Source: Octopus vulgaris (taxonomy: Eukaryota). Taken from it: DNA of 64,000 nucleotides. Numbering within the stretch: the stretch's first letter is position 1; each line of letters begins with the position of its first letter. Made by a program: the position numbers and the translations under genes. Of this stretch, positions 13,522-28,079 are shown in pieces. Location of the stretch: NCBI GenBank assembly GCA_951406725.2, contig OX597819.1:49786001-49850000 (forward strand), written 5' to 3'. The notes beneath the pieces are model-generated. The model searched no databases. It was not told the origin of the DNA and saw only the letters and a list, made by a program, of their open reading frames with translations.

Positions 13522-14349
13522 TGTATATCAACACACATACATGTACGCATACGTAAAGTGGCACACATACGCACACATACGTAAAGTGACACACACACAC
13601 ACACACACACACATACGCGCACACACACACATACACTCACATATACGTAATTGTGCATCGTTACACTCAAACAGCGGAAACAACTCTTGAACGGTGGTAG
13701 TGGTGGCCATAAGAAAGGTGGAATTTTAAACGGATTATAAAGGTGGACAGCGTAAGTAGTTTGAACCATAAACTAAGCAGTAAGCTATTGATGTGGCAGG
13801 TATTTCAAGAAATGGGAAACTAATTGGGAGTCTTTTACCACCGCCATGAGATTGTAAAAGATAACGACCAGACACTGTTGCAATTTTAATATAATACTTG
13901 CTTATTGTCGAATGGCTATATGGCTGGCTTGTATGTCGAAGTTGGATGTATGGAGATATAGTTAAAGGATATTATTTCGGTCTATATTCTTACGTTATTT
14001 TAGAGGTTTTTAGCTTTCTGGTTGCAGCCATTTACGTTTTTATTTATCTATTTATTTATTTTATTCATTCTTTTCCTAGCTTTCGACTGCAGCCACGTTG
14101 GATCATTGCGTTTAATGATTTTAGTTGCTTATATCGACCCCGGTATGTATCTAAGACTGGTACTTATTTATCGGTCATACTTTTTTTTTTTTTTTACCGA
14201 ACCGCAATGAAACGCGGCCGTTGACAAACCAACACCGGTTGCTAAGCGATGGAGGAACCGCTGGCACAAACACACATGCACGTGCACACATAAATTTAGC
14301 CGTCGCTTTCGCTGCCCACATTAATTTTATACATACATGCATACACGCA

Positions 14350-14414
<65 letters not shown>

Positions 14415-14627
14415 CACACGATGACCAAATTTACTCTCAGGGCATTAATCGGAGTTTATAGTGGAATCGAAGTCTATAAACGGAATCTATTGTGGAAGAC
14501 ACTTTCCGACGTGCCGCCCAGTGAAACTGAACTCGAAACCAGGTGCTTGCAAGACGAGCTTCGTAAGCATACAGCCATAGTTTCTAAGTTCAAATCTTGC
14601 TGAAGTCGACTTTGCCTTTCATCCTTT

Positions 14628-14777
14628 TTCTTCTTCTTCTTCTTCTTCTTCTTCTTCTTCTTCTTCTCCTCCTCCTTCTCCTCCTCCTCCTCCACCTCCT
14701 CCTCCTTCTTCTTCTTCTTCTTCTTCTTCTTCTTCTTCTTCTTCTTCTTCTTCTTCATCTTCTTCTTCTTCTTCTTT
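14628..14777. repeat. (TTC)n/(TCC)n microsatellite
   Basis: Direct reading. Confidence 0.97.
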
Positions 14778-14789
14778 GTTAGGTGGTAT

Positions 14790-14965
14790 GATTTCATACC
14801 TAATGCGCCTACTATGATAGGAATTGTTTCTGTTTTTAGATTCCACATTCGAGTTACCTCTATTTCCAGGTATTTGTATTTTGAAAGTTTCTCCATTTCT
14901 TTTAGAGGAACGTTGTCATCTGCTGAAATACCGCAAAGTATTTTCCTTATACTTTCAAAAAATGC
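14790..14965 (-). mobile_element. R4/Dong-like retrotransposon fragment (restriction-like endonuclease region)
   Basis: KEMEKLSKYKYLEIEVTRMWNLKTETIPIIVGALG fits the REL E-K-x-x-K-Y...P-x-x-x-G-A-L-G pattern. Confidence 0.75.
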
Positions 14966-15204
14966 ATGAATCATTAAGAAATATTGGTTTCATATTTTGG
15001 TACAATGCTGGCAATTTTAGGAGGAGGGGGCAAGTCAATTACATTGAACTCAGTGCGCAACTGGTACTTATTTTATCGGCTGCGAAAGGATAAAACGTGC
15101 AGCATTGACATCGGCAGAATTTGAACTCAGATCATAAAGACGAATGAAATTTCGCTAAGTATTCTGTCCGGCGTGCTAACCGATTAAATCTTTTTTTTTT
15201 TAAT

Positions 15205-15565
15205 TCTTTTCTACTCTAGGCACACGGCTCGAAACTTTTGGAGGGGCCAGTCGATTAGATCGACTCCAGTACGTAACTGGTACACAATTTATCGACTCCG
15301 AAAGGATGAAAGGCAAAGTCGACCTCGGCGGAATTTGAACTCAGAACGTAGTGGCAGACGAAATGCCCATTTCTTTACTACCCACAAGGGGCTAAACACA
15401 AGGAGTACAAACAAGGACAGACAAACGGATTAAGTCGATTATATTGACTACGAAAGGATGAAAGGCAAAGTCAACCTCGGCGGAATTTGAACTCAGAACG
15501 TAACGGCAGACGAAATACTGCTACGCATTTCGCCCGACGTGCTAACGTTTCTGCCAGCTCGCCGA
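15205..15565 (-). mobile_element. Family B SINE dimer (B1 followed by headless B2)
   Basis: Two consecutive B cores; junction at ~15366. Confidence 0.8.
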
Positions 15566-16139
15566 TTTTTTTTTTTTTTTTTTTTTTTGGACAATGAAAA
15601 AGTAACATGCCGACCGGAACTGAAGTGGAATCACTGAGTCGTGACTTATAAATTGTCGATAACAAAATCATTTAGAAAGAAAAGAAAAACAAAAAAAATG
15701 AACAAATCAAAACAAGAACAAACGAAAAATAACAACAAAAAACCCCGTGATAAACCTTGACTGAATGACCTACACCTAGACAGTTGTAAATAGGCAAGGG
15801 AGTGGCGTCGATAATAGGTTTCGTGTGGATGTTAAGTGGTAGCTCAGTTGAGGTAGGGACCAACTAGGAGAAAGGAAATGCTTTTTGTTTGTTGTTGTTT
15901 CTTTTTACCCTCCTGTAATTTGTAGGAGATCCTTTTTATAAAGGGAAAGCTGTTACAGCCAATTAAACTAAGCGACGAGTTGGCAGAGTTGTTAGCGCGT
16001 CGAACTAAACGCTCAGCGGCATTTCTTATGGTTCTTTGTGCTTCAAGTTCAAATGCCGCCGCCGTCAACTTTGCTTCTCAGCTTTTCTGGGTCGATAAAA
16101 TAAAGTACCAGTTAAGTACTCGGGTTGGTTCGAAAATAG

Positions 16140-16513
16140 TCGTCTGTTGTGGCAGTGTAGTAAGAAGCTTGCTTCCCAACCACGTGGAACTTTAGGCAAG
16201 TGTCTTCCACTATGACCTCGGGCCGACCAAAGCCTTGTGAGTGGATTTGGTAGACAGAAACTGAAAGAAGCCCGTCGTATATATATATATACTCTTTACT
16301 CTTTTACTTGTTTCAGTCATTCGACTGCGGCCATGCTGGAGTACAGCCTTTAGTCGAGCAAATCGACCCCAGGACTTATTCTTTGTAAGCTTAGTACTTA
16401 TTCTATTGGTGTCTTTTGCCGAACCGCTAAGTTACGGAGACGTAAACACACCTCCATCGGTTGTCAAGCGATGTTGGTGGTCAAACGCAGACACACAAAA
16501 ATATACACACACA

Positions 16514-16566
<53 letters not shown>

Positions 16567-16905
16567 GACGGGCTTCTTTCAGTTTCCGTCTACCAAATCC
16601 ACTCACAAGGCTTTGGTCGGCCAGAGGCTATAGTAGAAGACACTTGCCCAAGGTGCCACGCAGTAGGAACGAACCCACACAGCCACCCCTGGCCTGTATA
16701 TGTATGTGTTTGTGTTTGTCCCCACCACTATCGCTTGACAACCGATGTTGGTGTGTTTACGTCCTCGTAACCTAGCGGTTCGGCGAAAGAGACCTATACA
16801 ATAAGTACAAGGCTTACAAAGAATAAGGCCTTGGGTCGATTTGCTCGACTAAAGGCGATGCTGCAGCATGGCCGCAGTCAAATGACTAAAACAAATAAAA
16901 GAATA
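16140..16905. mobile_element. Family A SINE (+) with a second family A copy (-, 16290-16695) nested in its central microsatellite
   Basis: Head 16140-16280 (+), inverted copy, tail 16696-16905 (+). Confidence 0.85.
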
Positions 16906-16912
16906 ATAGAAA

Positions 16913-17071
16913 ATAGGAGTGGCTGTGTGATAAGTAGCTTACTTACGAACCACATGGTTCCGGGTTCAGTCCTACTGCGTGGCACCTTGGGCAAGTGTCT
17001 TCTGCTATAGCCTCGGGCCGACCAAAGCCTTGTGAGTGGATTTGGTAGACGGAAACTGAAAGAAGCCCGTC

Positions 17072-17115
<44 letters not shown>

Positions 17116-17320
17116 GTGTGTATGTCTGTGTATCTGTGTTTGTCCCGATGCTGGTGTGTTTACGTCCCCGTAACTTAGCGGTTCGGCAAAAGAGACCGAG
17201 AAAATAAGTACTAGGCTTACAAAGAATAAGTCCTGGGGTCGATTTGTTCGACTAAAAAAAAAGGCGGTGCTCCATCATGGCCACAGTCAAATGACTGAAA
17301 CAAGTAAAAGAGTAAAAGAG
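16913..17320 (+). mobile_element. Family A SINE, full length
   Basis: A/B boxes, (TA)n centre, (GTAAAAGA)n tail. Confidence 0.9.
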
Positions 17321-17332
17321 TATATATCTATA

Positions 17333-18186
17333 TACGAGGTCTGATCAATAAGTATCCGGACTGCAACGAAGCTATATGAATGAAGTTAATACACGCAGAG
17401 TGAAGCCACTTGGCACAAATTGATCTTGAAATCTGCTGTGCCTGTGCACTAAGTTTTAACGTTCTCGCTTGCTTCCGCTTTTCGCAGAAGTGCCTCGAAG
17501 TAACGTGTGTAACCTGTGACCGTCGCATTGACCATGACAGAGAATTTTATGGCGACACCTGCTCAGAGGCCTATGCAAGGTTGCAGAGAATGTATGGAGA
17601 GGTGTGTATGAGCTGCACACAAGCGTACGAGTTGTTCCGATGTTCTGGGAGACCTGCAGCCAGCAGAACTGAGAGAAACATCGCAGATGTGCGTGCAGCT
17701 GTGGATGGGAAATCGTCGAATCACCATCTGTGAGTTAACAGAGGATGTGCAGATTAGTTACGGTTCAGTTCAGTCCATTCAAATTTGGGTATCAGATGCG
17801 TCTGTCAAGTTTATGCCAAAACTGCTTTCAGCTGACCAAAAAGACACTCGGGTTTCAGTTGCACAAAATCTCCTTGACCGTGTCGAGAACGATGAAAACT
17901 TTTTAAAAACTTTGCGTAGGCCTCTGAGCAGGTATCGCCAAGCTTTTGGCAAAATTTGATGAGGATTCCCTTCTCAACTTTCTCCGTCATGGTCAATGCG
18001 ACGAACACACGCTACACACGTTGCTTCCAAGCACTGCTGTAAACAACGGATGTGTGCTAGAAGGTTAAAACTTAATGCGCATGCACAGCAGAGTTCAAGG
18101 TCAATCTGTGCCAAACGGTTCTACTCTGCGTGCTTTAGCTTCGTTAATGTGGCAACAGTCCGGATACTTACTGATCAGACCACATA
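17333..18186. mobile_element. Fold-back mariner derivative (~850 bp, ~250-bp inverted arms)
   Basis: TACGAGGTCTGATCAATAAGTATCCGGACTG vs CAGTCCGGATACTTACTGATCAGACCACATA; transposase N-terminal remnants KFCQKLGDTCSEAY, SGRP, RRITICEL, KFMPKLL. Confidence 0.85.
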
Positions 18187-18427
18187 TATCTATGTGTGTG
18201 TACCTGTGTTTGTGCCCCCATCACTCGACAACCGGTGTCAGTGTGCTTACGTCCCTGTTCGACAAAAGGGACCGGTAGAATAAGTACCAGACTTTAAAAA
18301 ATAAGTGCTGGGGTCGATTCATTCGACTAAAAATTCGAGGCGGTGCCCCAGCATGACCGCAGTCAAATGACTGAAACTGGTAAAAGATAAACGAGTCACT
18401 AAATTTATACATTCTCTTTTCTATTCT

Positions 18428-18475
<48 letters not shown>

Positions 18476-18485
<10 letters not shown>

Positions 18486-19312
18486 GTAAAAAATAAAAAA
18501 TAAATACAGACATGGACAAGAACAGGAAACACCAAAGAGACAACACAAGAACCACAGGACGGGACATTCGAAGCCCTCAGTCATCAGTCAAGAACCAGAT
18601 CATCTTCGCAATTTCGGCTGATTAATCTTGAGATTGCTCCGATCTGGGCAGCCCCCAAAGGAAAATCTAAGCCAAGCGCATTAGATCCCTTGGAAGAAAG
18701 CTTCGAATGTATACAACACGAGGATGGAAAACGAACGAAGTACACGAACAAAAATACAGAATACGTGACACCAATAAGGAAAGCACGAATAAGAATACAA
18801 AAACGTAAAAACAATAACGGTAAAGATAAAAAACAAAACAAAACCAGGACGTAGGACAAGGGTCTTTCGACAAGACGAGTTGAGTTGGGGCTGGCTTATG
18901 AAGTAGTGCCTAATGGCCGCAGGGAGACGAACAAATACGTGTTGCTTCGACGACTGCTGGAACGAAAAGGGCTCCCAGCAGTGGCTAGCGGTCACGTGAG
19001 AACAAAAGACAGGAGAAAGGGACAGATGAAGAGAGAGAGAAGGTGGACGAGGGAGGAGAAGAAAGAGACAGATCGAGGGGACTGGAGGTGAGAGAGATAG
19101 GGAAACGTAGAAGGGGGGGATGGAGAGGGAAAGAAAGGAAGGGGAATAAGGGAGGAGAGAGAGAGAGAGAAAGAGACAGATCAAGAGTCGTATCAATGCT
19201 AGAGAAAAAATATACTTATCGTATAAGGACAATTGTGGATACGTAGCCGCCGATTATATATGTAAACAGTAAAAAATAAATACAGACATGGACAAGAACA
19301 GGAAACAGGAAC
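18476..19312. mobile_element. Non-coding element with ~55-bp direct terminal repeats in (TA)n; possibly Penelope-like terminal repeat derivative
   Basis: ATGTAAACAGTAAAAAATAAA..TACAGACATGGACAAGAACAGGAAAC at ~18477 and ~19260; both flanks (TA)n. Confidence 0.5.
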
Positions 19313-19336
19313 AGGAAATATATATATATATATAAT

Positions 19337-20190
<854 letters not shown>

Positions 20191-20899
20191 TATATATATA
20201 TATATGTATGAATGTATGTGTAGATTTATGATGCCCGAATCCGTTCTATTCCCGACTCGACCTTCTGAGCCAGGTTAAAAGCATTATGGAGGTACAAGAT
20301 GAACCAGACTCAGAGACAACAACGATATATATTTATATCTAAGCACAGATTTGGCTGTGTGGTAAGAAGTTTGCTTCCCAACCACATTGCTCCGGGTTCA
20401 CTCACACTGCGTGGCACCTTAGGCAAGTATCTTCTAGTATAACTTCAGGCAACCAAACCTTTGTGAGTGGACTTGGTTGACGGAAACTGAAAGAAGCACG
20501 TTGTGTGTGTGTGTGTTTGTGTCTGTCTTCACGTTCTGATTTCACATTCCTCCGAGGTCGACTTTGCCTTTCATCCTTTCGGCGGGGGCGGGGTCGATAA
20601 ATTATGTACCAGTTGTGTACTAGGGTCGATGTAATCGACTTAACCCTTCCCCCCCCTAGAATTTCAGGCCTTGTGCTTATAGTGGAAAGGATTATTATAT
20701 CGTGAAAATTTTCAGCTTTATTTTGCTGGATATGATGGAAAGTGTCAGCTGCCCACAGCCAGCAGATTAAGGTGGGCACTTGTCTACGGATCATACTTCA
20801 AGAAACTTGCGGAGGACTCATGCCGTATCAAGTAACGATGAATTTTGTAGATGTTCTATCTTTACATTCGTTCCAATCTTTTTGAACCGTGTTCGTAGT

Positions 20900-21170
20900 C
20901 AGGTACTGCGACATCGCATCCTCTCTTTGCATTGCCCACAAATTGCATATTTTCAACTTCAGTTCATCATAAATGTTCACTTTTTCTTCTTTCTCTTCAA
21001 TCCTGCTGTCACCAGGACATGCTACGTCAATTATCAGGCTTGTTTGTTTCCTTTCTGTCACTGCAACTATGTCAGATTTCCGATGTTTAATCTGATGGTC
21101 ACACAGAATAATTGCATCCCGCAGGACGTTGCAATCCTAATTCTCAGTGAGCCCCTTCTGGGATTTGATC
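20900..21170 (-). mobile_element. R4/Dong-like retrotransposon fragment (REL endonuclease)
   Basis: KHRKSDIV then LIIDVACPGDSRIEEKEEK..YDELK..I..LW. Confidence 0.7.
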
Positions 21171-21209
21171 GTGTCACGTCTTTGATCTTTCTAGGCCATT
21201 ATTTCTACA

Positions 21210-21296
<87 letters not shown>

Positions 21297-21742
21297 CTGA
21301 AGCGGATAGCTGGCAGAATCGTTAGCACACCAGGAAAATGCTTAGTGGTATTTCGCCCGTTTTTATGTTCTGTGTTCAGATTCCGCCGAGGTTGACTTTG
21401 CTTTTCATTCCTTTCGGAGGTGAAAAAAAAAATAAAAAGTATCCGCTGAACACTGGGGTCGATGCTATTAATTAACCCACTCCCGAAAAATTTCAAGCCT
21501 TGTGCTTATAATAAACAGGATTGTTATTGTAATTACTATTATGAGGGGGTCGAGATGGTAGAAACGTTAGGACTCCAGAAGAAATGCTTAGCGGCATTTC
21601 GGCTGACGTTACGCTTTAAGTTCAACTTCCGCCGAGGTCGACTTTGACTCTCATGGGGGGGGGGATAAAATAAGTACCTGGGTCCCCCAAAATTGTGGGC
21701 CTTGTGCCAATGTTTGAAACCATTATCATTATTATTATTATT

Positions 21743-22296
21743 GAGTGAGAGAGCAGGTCATGCCATCAAAGTGACACTGGGGTAAAATATACGAAGCCCA
21801 ATATACCCATCATGACTACCCGTCTGATAAGGGTACACCAGGCACATGCATCACAACCATATGTGCGCGACATGGTGATATCATATCAAGATAAACAGCG
21901 CATGACCTTGCAGGTGGGGCCCAGTTAGAATTTTCTTCAGGTTGAGTAGCCCATCCCGCTCAAAAGGTCCCTGAATAAGGGTTGTTTAAGGATGTTGAAA
22001 GAACCACCCATGTTTCCAGAGGTGAGTTATTCAAACCCCAAAGAATCCCTCTCAACACATGGCTATGATGCTCCCCCACTACTTCTGCTCGTGATCAGAG
22101 ATGCACATATCGTCAGCCACTAAGGGACATGCCCAACTGGTTAAGGTCAAACAACTGACAAGCAAATCTGTGGTATTGAGCAGAATATTTGCTGTAGCCC
22201 ATCTTTTATACCAAGACAAAACAATGTACATGATAACACTTCCAATCAGTTAAGATCAGAAGCCATGAGAGCCACTGCCTGGTACTGCATCAGGGC

Positions 22297-22297
<1 letters not shown>
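21743..22297 (-). mobile_element. ~555-bp non-coding element inserted in (TAA)n
   Basis: Complex sequence with sharp boundaries against (TTA)n on both sides; no ORF; strand inferred from the (AAT)n-type tail. Confidence 0.55.
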
Positions 22298-22365
<68 letters not shown>

Positions 22366-22499
22366 CATTATTATTATTATTATTATTATTCGATCCTGTT
22401 TCTTGCATTCAGCTCTGATTTGAGTATTGCCCTTACCCTGCGATAACATTCTCTTCTGATAATTTCCCTCAACATTGAATGTTAGATTCCCTCCGCTTG

Positions 22500-22750
22500 T
22501 TCTAACTCCATTATGACATTCTGCTGGTCAAAATTAACGTTGAATGTTTCTGTAATTTTTCCTTTGATAAAGGTAGCTTTTTCACATTTATCGAGGCCAA
22601 ATTACATCCTGATGTCATCACTGAATTGTTTAACAGTTGCTAGTAAGCCGCGTAGTTGTTGGTCATTTTTTGCAAAGAGCTTTAAATCATCCATGTAAAA
22701 GAGATGAATTATATTTTTATCAAACATTTTATAGCCATATTGTACATTAT
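22500..22750 (-). mobile_element. R4/Dong-like reverse transcriptase fragment
   Basis: Minus strand IHLFYMDDLKLFAKNDQQLRGLLATVKQFSDDIRM*FGLDKC (YMDD catalytic motif, one stop). Confidence 0.85.
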
Positions 22751-22799
22751 TGATATTCTTTACATTTGAGGGATATTTGTCCCCATCTTGTTTGTTGTT

Positions 22800-22845
22800 A
22801 ACACAACATTTCGGCTAATATACCCTCCAGCCTTCATCAGGTGTC
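22800..22845 (-). ncRNA. Minimal type I hammerhead ribozyme motif (one CpG-type mutation)
   Basis: GACAC-CUGAUGA-A-GGCUGG(AGGGUAUA)UUAGCC-GAAA-UG-UU-GUGUU; stem I GACAC/GUGUU. Confidence 0.7.
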
Positions 22846-22903
22846 TTGGGGAAATTTCGAACCTGGGTTCTCATTCCTAAGGTATTTTTCGATGTTGTTG
22901 TTG

Positions 22904-22943
<40 letters not shown>

Positions 22944-23109
22944 TAAGGCAGCGAGTTGGCAGAATTGTTAGCATGCCAAGCAAAGGTTCTGGGTTCAAAT
23001 TCCGCCGAGGTCGATTTCGCCTTTCATCCTTTCGGGGTCGATAAATCAAGTACAAGTTAAACATACTGGATTCGATGTAATCGGTAAGTTCTCTCCCCAC
23101 AAATATCGG

Positions 23110-23505
23110 GCCGAGCTGGCAGAATCTTTAGCACGCCGGGCGAAATGCTTAGCGGTATTTCGTCTGCCGTTACGTCCTCAGTTCAAATTCCGCCGAGGTC
23201 GACTTTGTCTTTCATATTTTCGGGGTCGATTAAAAAAGTACCAGTCACGCACTGGGGTCGATATAATCGACTTAATCCTTTTTTCCGTCCTTGTTTGTCC
23301 CCTCTGTGTTTAGCCCCTTGTGGGTAGTAAAGAAACAGGTATTTCGTCTGTCTTTACGTTCTGAGTTCAAATTCTGCCGAGGTCGACTTCGCGTTTCATC
23401 CTTTCGGGATCGATAAATTAAGCATCAGTTGCGTAATGGCGTCAATCTAACAGACTGGCCCCCTACCTCCCAAACTTCAACCCTTGCGCCTATAGTAGAA
23501 AGGAT
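23110..23505 (+). mobile_element. Family B SINE dimer (B1 followed by headless B2)
   Basis: B1 tail AAAGAAACA joined to GGTATTTCGTCTG at ~23338. Confidence 0.82.
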
Positions 23506-23561
<56 letters not shown>

Positions 23562-24217
23562 TTAATATTATTGTTATTATCATTATTAATAACATCATCA
23601 TCATCATCATCATCATCATTATTATTAAAGTGTTAGCGTATGACTGTGCATGTACTTACATTTATAAAAATGTTTCTTTCGTGTTTACGTTATAAATATA
23701 TGTTGTTTCTTTCTTTTTCATTTTGTAATAAAAATAAAGAAATGTGTTTAACAATTAGCTTGTTTTTTCGTTTTTTCGTATTTAACAAAAAAAAAAAAAA
23801 CAATAGAAAAACATCAGGAAGACATGAGTAACTGAACAAAGAAAAAAAAAAACATTTTATAAGCAAAAGGATATTTTCTTAGTTTAGCTGTGAATTTTGT
23901 TTCGTCTTTTTTTTTTTTTTTTTTTTTTTGATAATTTCGTATTTTTGAAGAAAAAAAAAATGATAGATCAGATCAAAAGAAAGAATGAAAGAGTGAAAGA
24001 ATGCGAAACGAAAAGGAAAAAAAAAAAAAAAATGAAAAAAAAACAGAACAAGAACATAAAATTACCAGAATTGTGTGAAATAATATTTAGAAAAGAATAA
24101 CTGTACGCAAAAACACTGCAACGAATGATCGGGATGTTTTTGTTAGCTAATAAATCATGTTATACTTCTGACAACGATCCCAGGTGGTCAGAAGCATATT
24201 TTGACGTATTATGAACG

Positions 24218-24370
<153 letters not shown>

Positions 24371-24426
24371 AGAAGCACTGCGTACAGACAGGCACACACA
24401 CACACATATAGGCATACATGGAACTA

Positions 24427-24464
<38 letters not shown>

Positions 24465-24514
24465 CATATATATAAATACGTATTAATGCATTTGTGTGTT
24501 TATACATATAGTTG

Positions 24515-24546
<32 letters not shown>

Positions 24547-24792
24547 TATAGTTGTATATATATATATAAATATGTATGTATATACACACGCACATGTACC
24601 TGCTTATTCAAACCTGAGTATATGTATTAATAAACAAATATACATTCATATATACATTTATACGTTAATGAACAATGAGGATGAATACCCAAAACCACTT
24701 AATATGAAACCAACGGTAGCCCGGTTAACCCACAAATAATATAATGTAATATTATATACTACTACTACTACTACTAATAATAATAAATTATA

Positions 24793-24849
<57 letters not shown>

Positions 24850-24897
24850 ATAGCATAACCTCAGCTCTGGGGTATAACCAGTAAATTATAAAAGATA

Positions 24898-24950
<53 letters not shown>

Positions 24951-25312
24951 CATGCATATATTGTATATATGGGTACATATATGGGTTCAGTTAAATATGA
25001 ATACAACGAGAAAAAAATGGAAAAGAGGACAAGTAAACATAGAGAAAGGACCCTTCATCAGTTGTCGGCTGTCTATCTACTCCTCATTTCGAGCATTCAA
25101 CGACAATATGAGTTTTCAAAGACAGTTGCTCTTATGAATTCGAAAATATAATCTTGGATTTATGGAGGGTCAGAAGTTGGGGACAAAACATGACAGTGGA
25201 GACAAATAAGGAAACCGAACGAAAACAAACACGGAGGGTCGTTAGACCAGAAAGAGAGGAAAATAGTGAACGCTGGGAGAAACATTTTTTTTCTTTTGAA
25301 AAGAGTAAAAAT

Positions 25313-25391
<79 letters not shown>

Positions 25392-26511
25392 AAACATGTC
25401 GGTTCTTTTGAACGTCCGTGCAGGAAAAGAATATATATATATGGAATTGGAAGTGAGTTGTCTCGCCTGTCAATGACTTTCAAGTGTTTTAACTCCCAAT
25501 GTTATGAGGGAGGCGTCCCCGAAGCGCTGTACCTGCAGCGAATCAGCGAAGAACCAAAAAGAATGCTACCACGAACGGAAGATAAAACATGGCTTTTCTT
25601 TTAATACAAACTTTAAAATGGAGTACTAGACTTAGAACGTGCAAAAGAGACAAATATAACGACTAGAAAGAAAGAGGGGAAATAAGAGCACCGAAACAAT
25701 ATTGATTCTGGACTCTACAGCTGATGAGAGGTTTTTCCTTATCTATTTGTCCCTTTCCATTAATCGTTTGTCCTGTCGTCACAGTTTTATTTACATGTAC
25801 ATTCCTAGTGCACAGAGTATTCATTTTTACTCCTCCCCACTTCTCTGCCAGAGTGTTTCTTTCTATGCGTATTGGTATAAACACACACACACACACACAC
25901 ATATGTACGACGGGCTTCTTCCAGTTTCCGTCTACCATACCCAGGCTATAGTATACGACACTTGTCCAAGGTTCCACGCAGTGGGACTGAACTATGTGCT
26001 TGGGAAACAAGCTTCTTACCGCACAGCCACATATACAAAAACATCCTGATCTTGATCAGCACCATAATCATTTTAACGTCCTCTTTTCCATGGTTGCATG
26101 GGTCAGATGGAATTTGGTGAGGCGGAGTGTCTACGAACCGGATACTCTTCCTGTTACTAACCTCAACCGTTTCAAAATAAAGTAATATTTAGCCATGACC
26201 AGACATGTTTTCGCGGTAGATTAGAAGCTAAAGCCGTATGAGTGTCTGTGCACGCGCATGTGCGTGTGTCGTGTTCTCTCTCTCACTCTCTCTTTTTTCT
26301 CTCTTTTCCCAAATGCTGTTCTCAGCAACGTTAGATAGAGTACGTTTCATTTGTCACCCATTGTGATTGTACCTCCATTTTGTTGGCCATTTTTCGGAGG
26401 AATATAAAAATACACTTACATGAGCGCGTGTTGGCATGCACACACGGACGCAAACACAGGCACACACACACACTTACGCGCACGTATAAACATACACACG
26501 CACATATAGAA

Positions 26512-26619
<108 letters not shown>

Positions 26620-26929
26620 TTGGGAATATCGTCTCTTGTAAAAGGAAACGTCTTGTCATAGTTGAGTGGTGGAGGGAGGAAGTAACGTGAAAGAGATAGA
26701 ATACCAAGTAGTGGCACTTCACTCAATTACAACATACATATTCACAACCATACTTTCACAGTCTCACACACACAGATATATATATATATATATATATATA
26801 CATACGTAGATACAAACAGTCATTACATCTCTCCAAAAGGCTTCGGATTAGACGGCAAAGTATCCTCATTGTTTAATCGAGAGTACTCATGTGAATACTT
26901 TCCCTATTTCATCAAGATCGAGTGTCCAC

Positions 26930-26974
<45 letters not shown>

Positions 26975-27133
26975 TCGCTTTCTCTCAACCTCTTTCTCTG
27001 TTTTTCTATCTACTTACAAATGGCCAAGCTCATACAGACATACATAGATACATAATTGGCTACACACACACACATACGTATACATAAATGCATCCATACA
27101 TACTCATAGTTATATACACACACGCACACAGAA

Positions 27134-27191
<58 letters not shown>

Positions 27192-28079
27192 ACAGATATA
27201 AATACTCTTTTATACATATTCATATTTATACATACATAAATACATATATACTTATAGTTATACATATATGTATACAGATATATATAGATACTCATATTTG
27301 TACATACTTAAATATTATATATTTATATATATATATATTTATATACATACATATATACATACGGCCAATTATTATACAAGTTACGCGTGCGCACACGCAT
27401 ATACACACATGTATACACACAAGTGAGTGTGTGTATTTATACATTTGTGTAAGCATATAAATTTATACTGAATTTTGACACACACACGTTGAAACAAGTT
27501 TATATGCAGACGTTGACACGCACACACACACACACACACACACAAATACACACTTACAATCATAAATCACATGGCACGCATGCACAACTACTCACAGAAA
27601 ACTAAAGCATATATATACATATATATACGAACACGAAGAAGCGAAACATATTGATACACACGGTGAAACATAAATACTCACCTTACCCATTTTCAATACA
27701 AAGACATTATGTATATTCAAGACTGCTAGCGAGAAACATCTGCGTATATATTTGTCACCGAAGCTGTGTGTGTGTGTATGTGTGTGTTTAAGTGTCAGTG
27801 TGTATGCATGATTTAGCGCGTTTATTCACACTCAGACAAACGCACATCACAAACAGATCTATATACCTACGAACGCACACAAAACACAGATACATGTGCA
27901 TGTAATACAATAGACAGCTTTGCGGTATGCATTCCGACTCAATGCGCTCCGGGTTCAAACTCCATCGAAATCAATATTTTTTTCATTCTTTCGGAGTCTA
28001 TAAGTAAGCAAAATACAAGTCACGCACAAATATCAATTCTTGTCTTTCTATAACTCTTTTATTCTTTCTTTCTATCTTT

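Noticed and set aside
18560-18600. Hammerhead at minus-strand CTGATGA
   Set aside because: No correctly placed stem II plus GAAA or stem I
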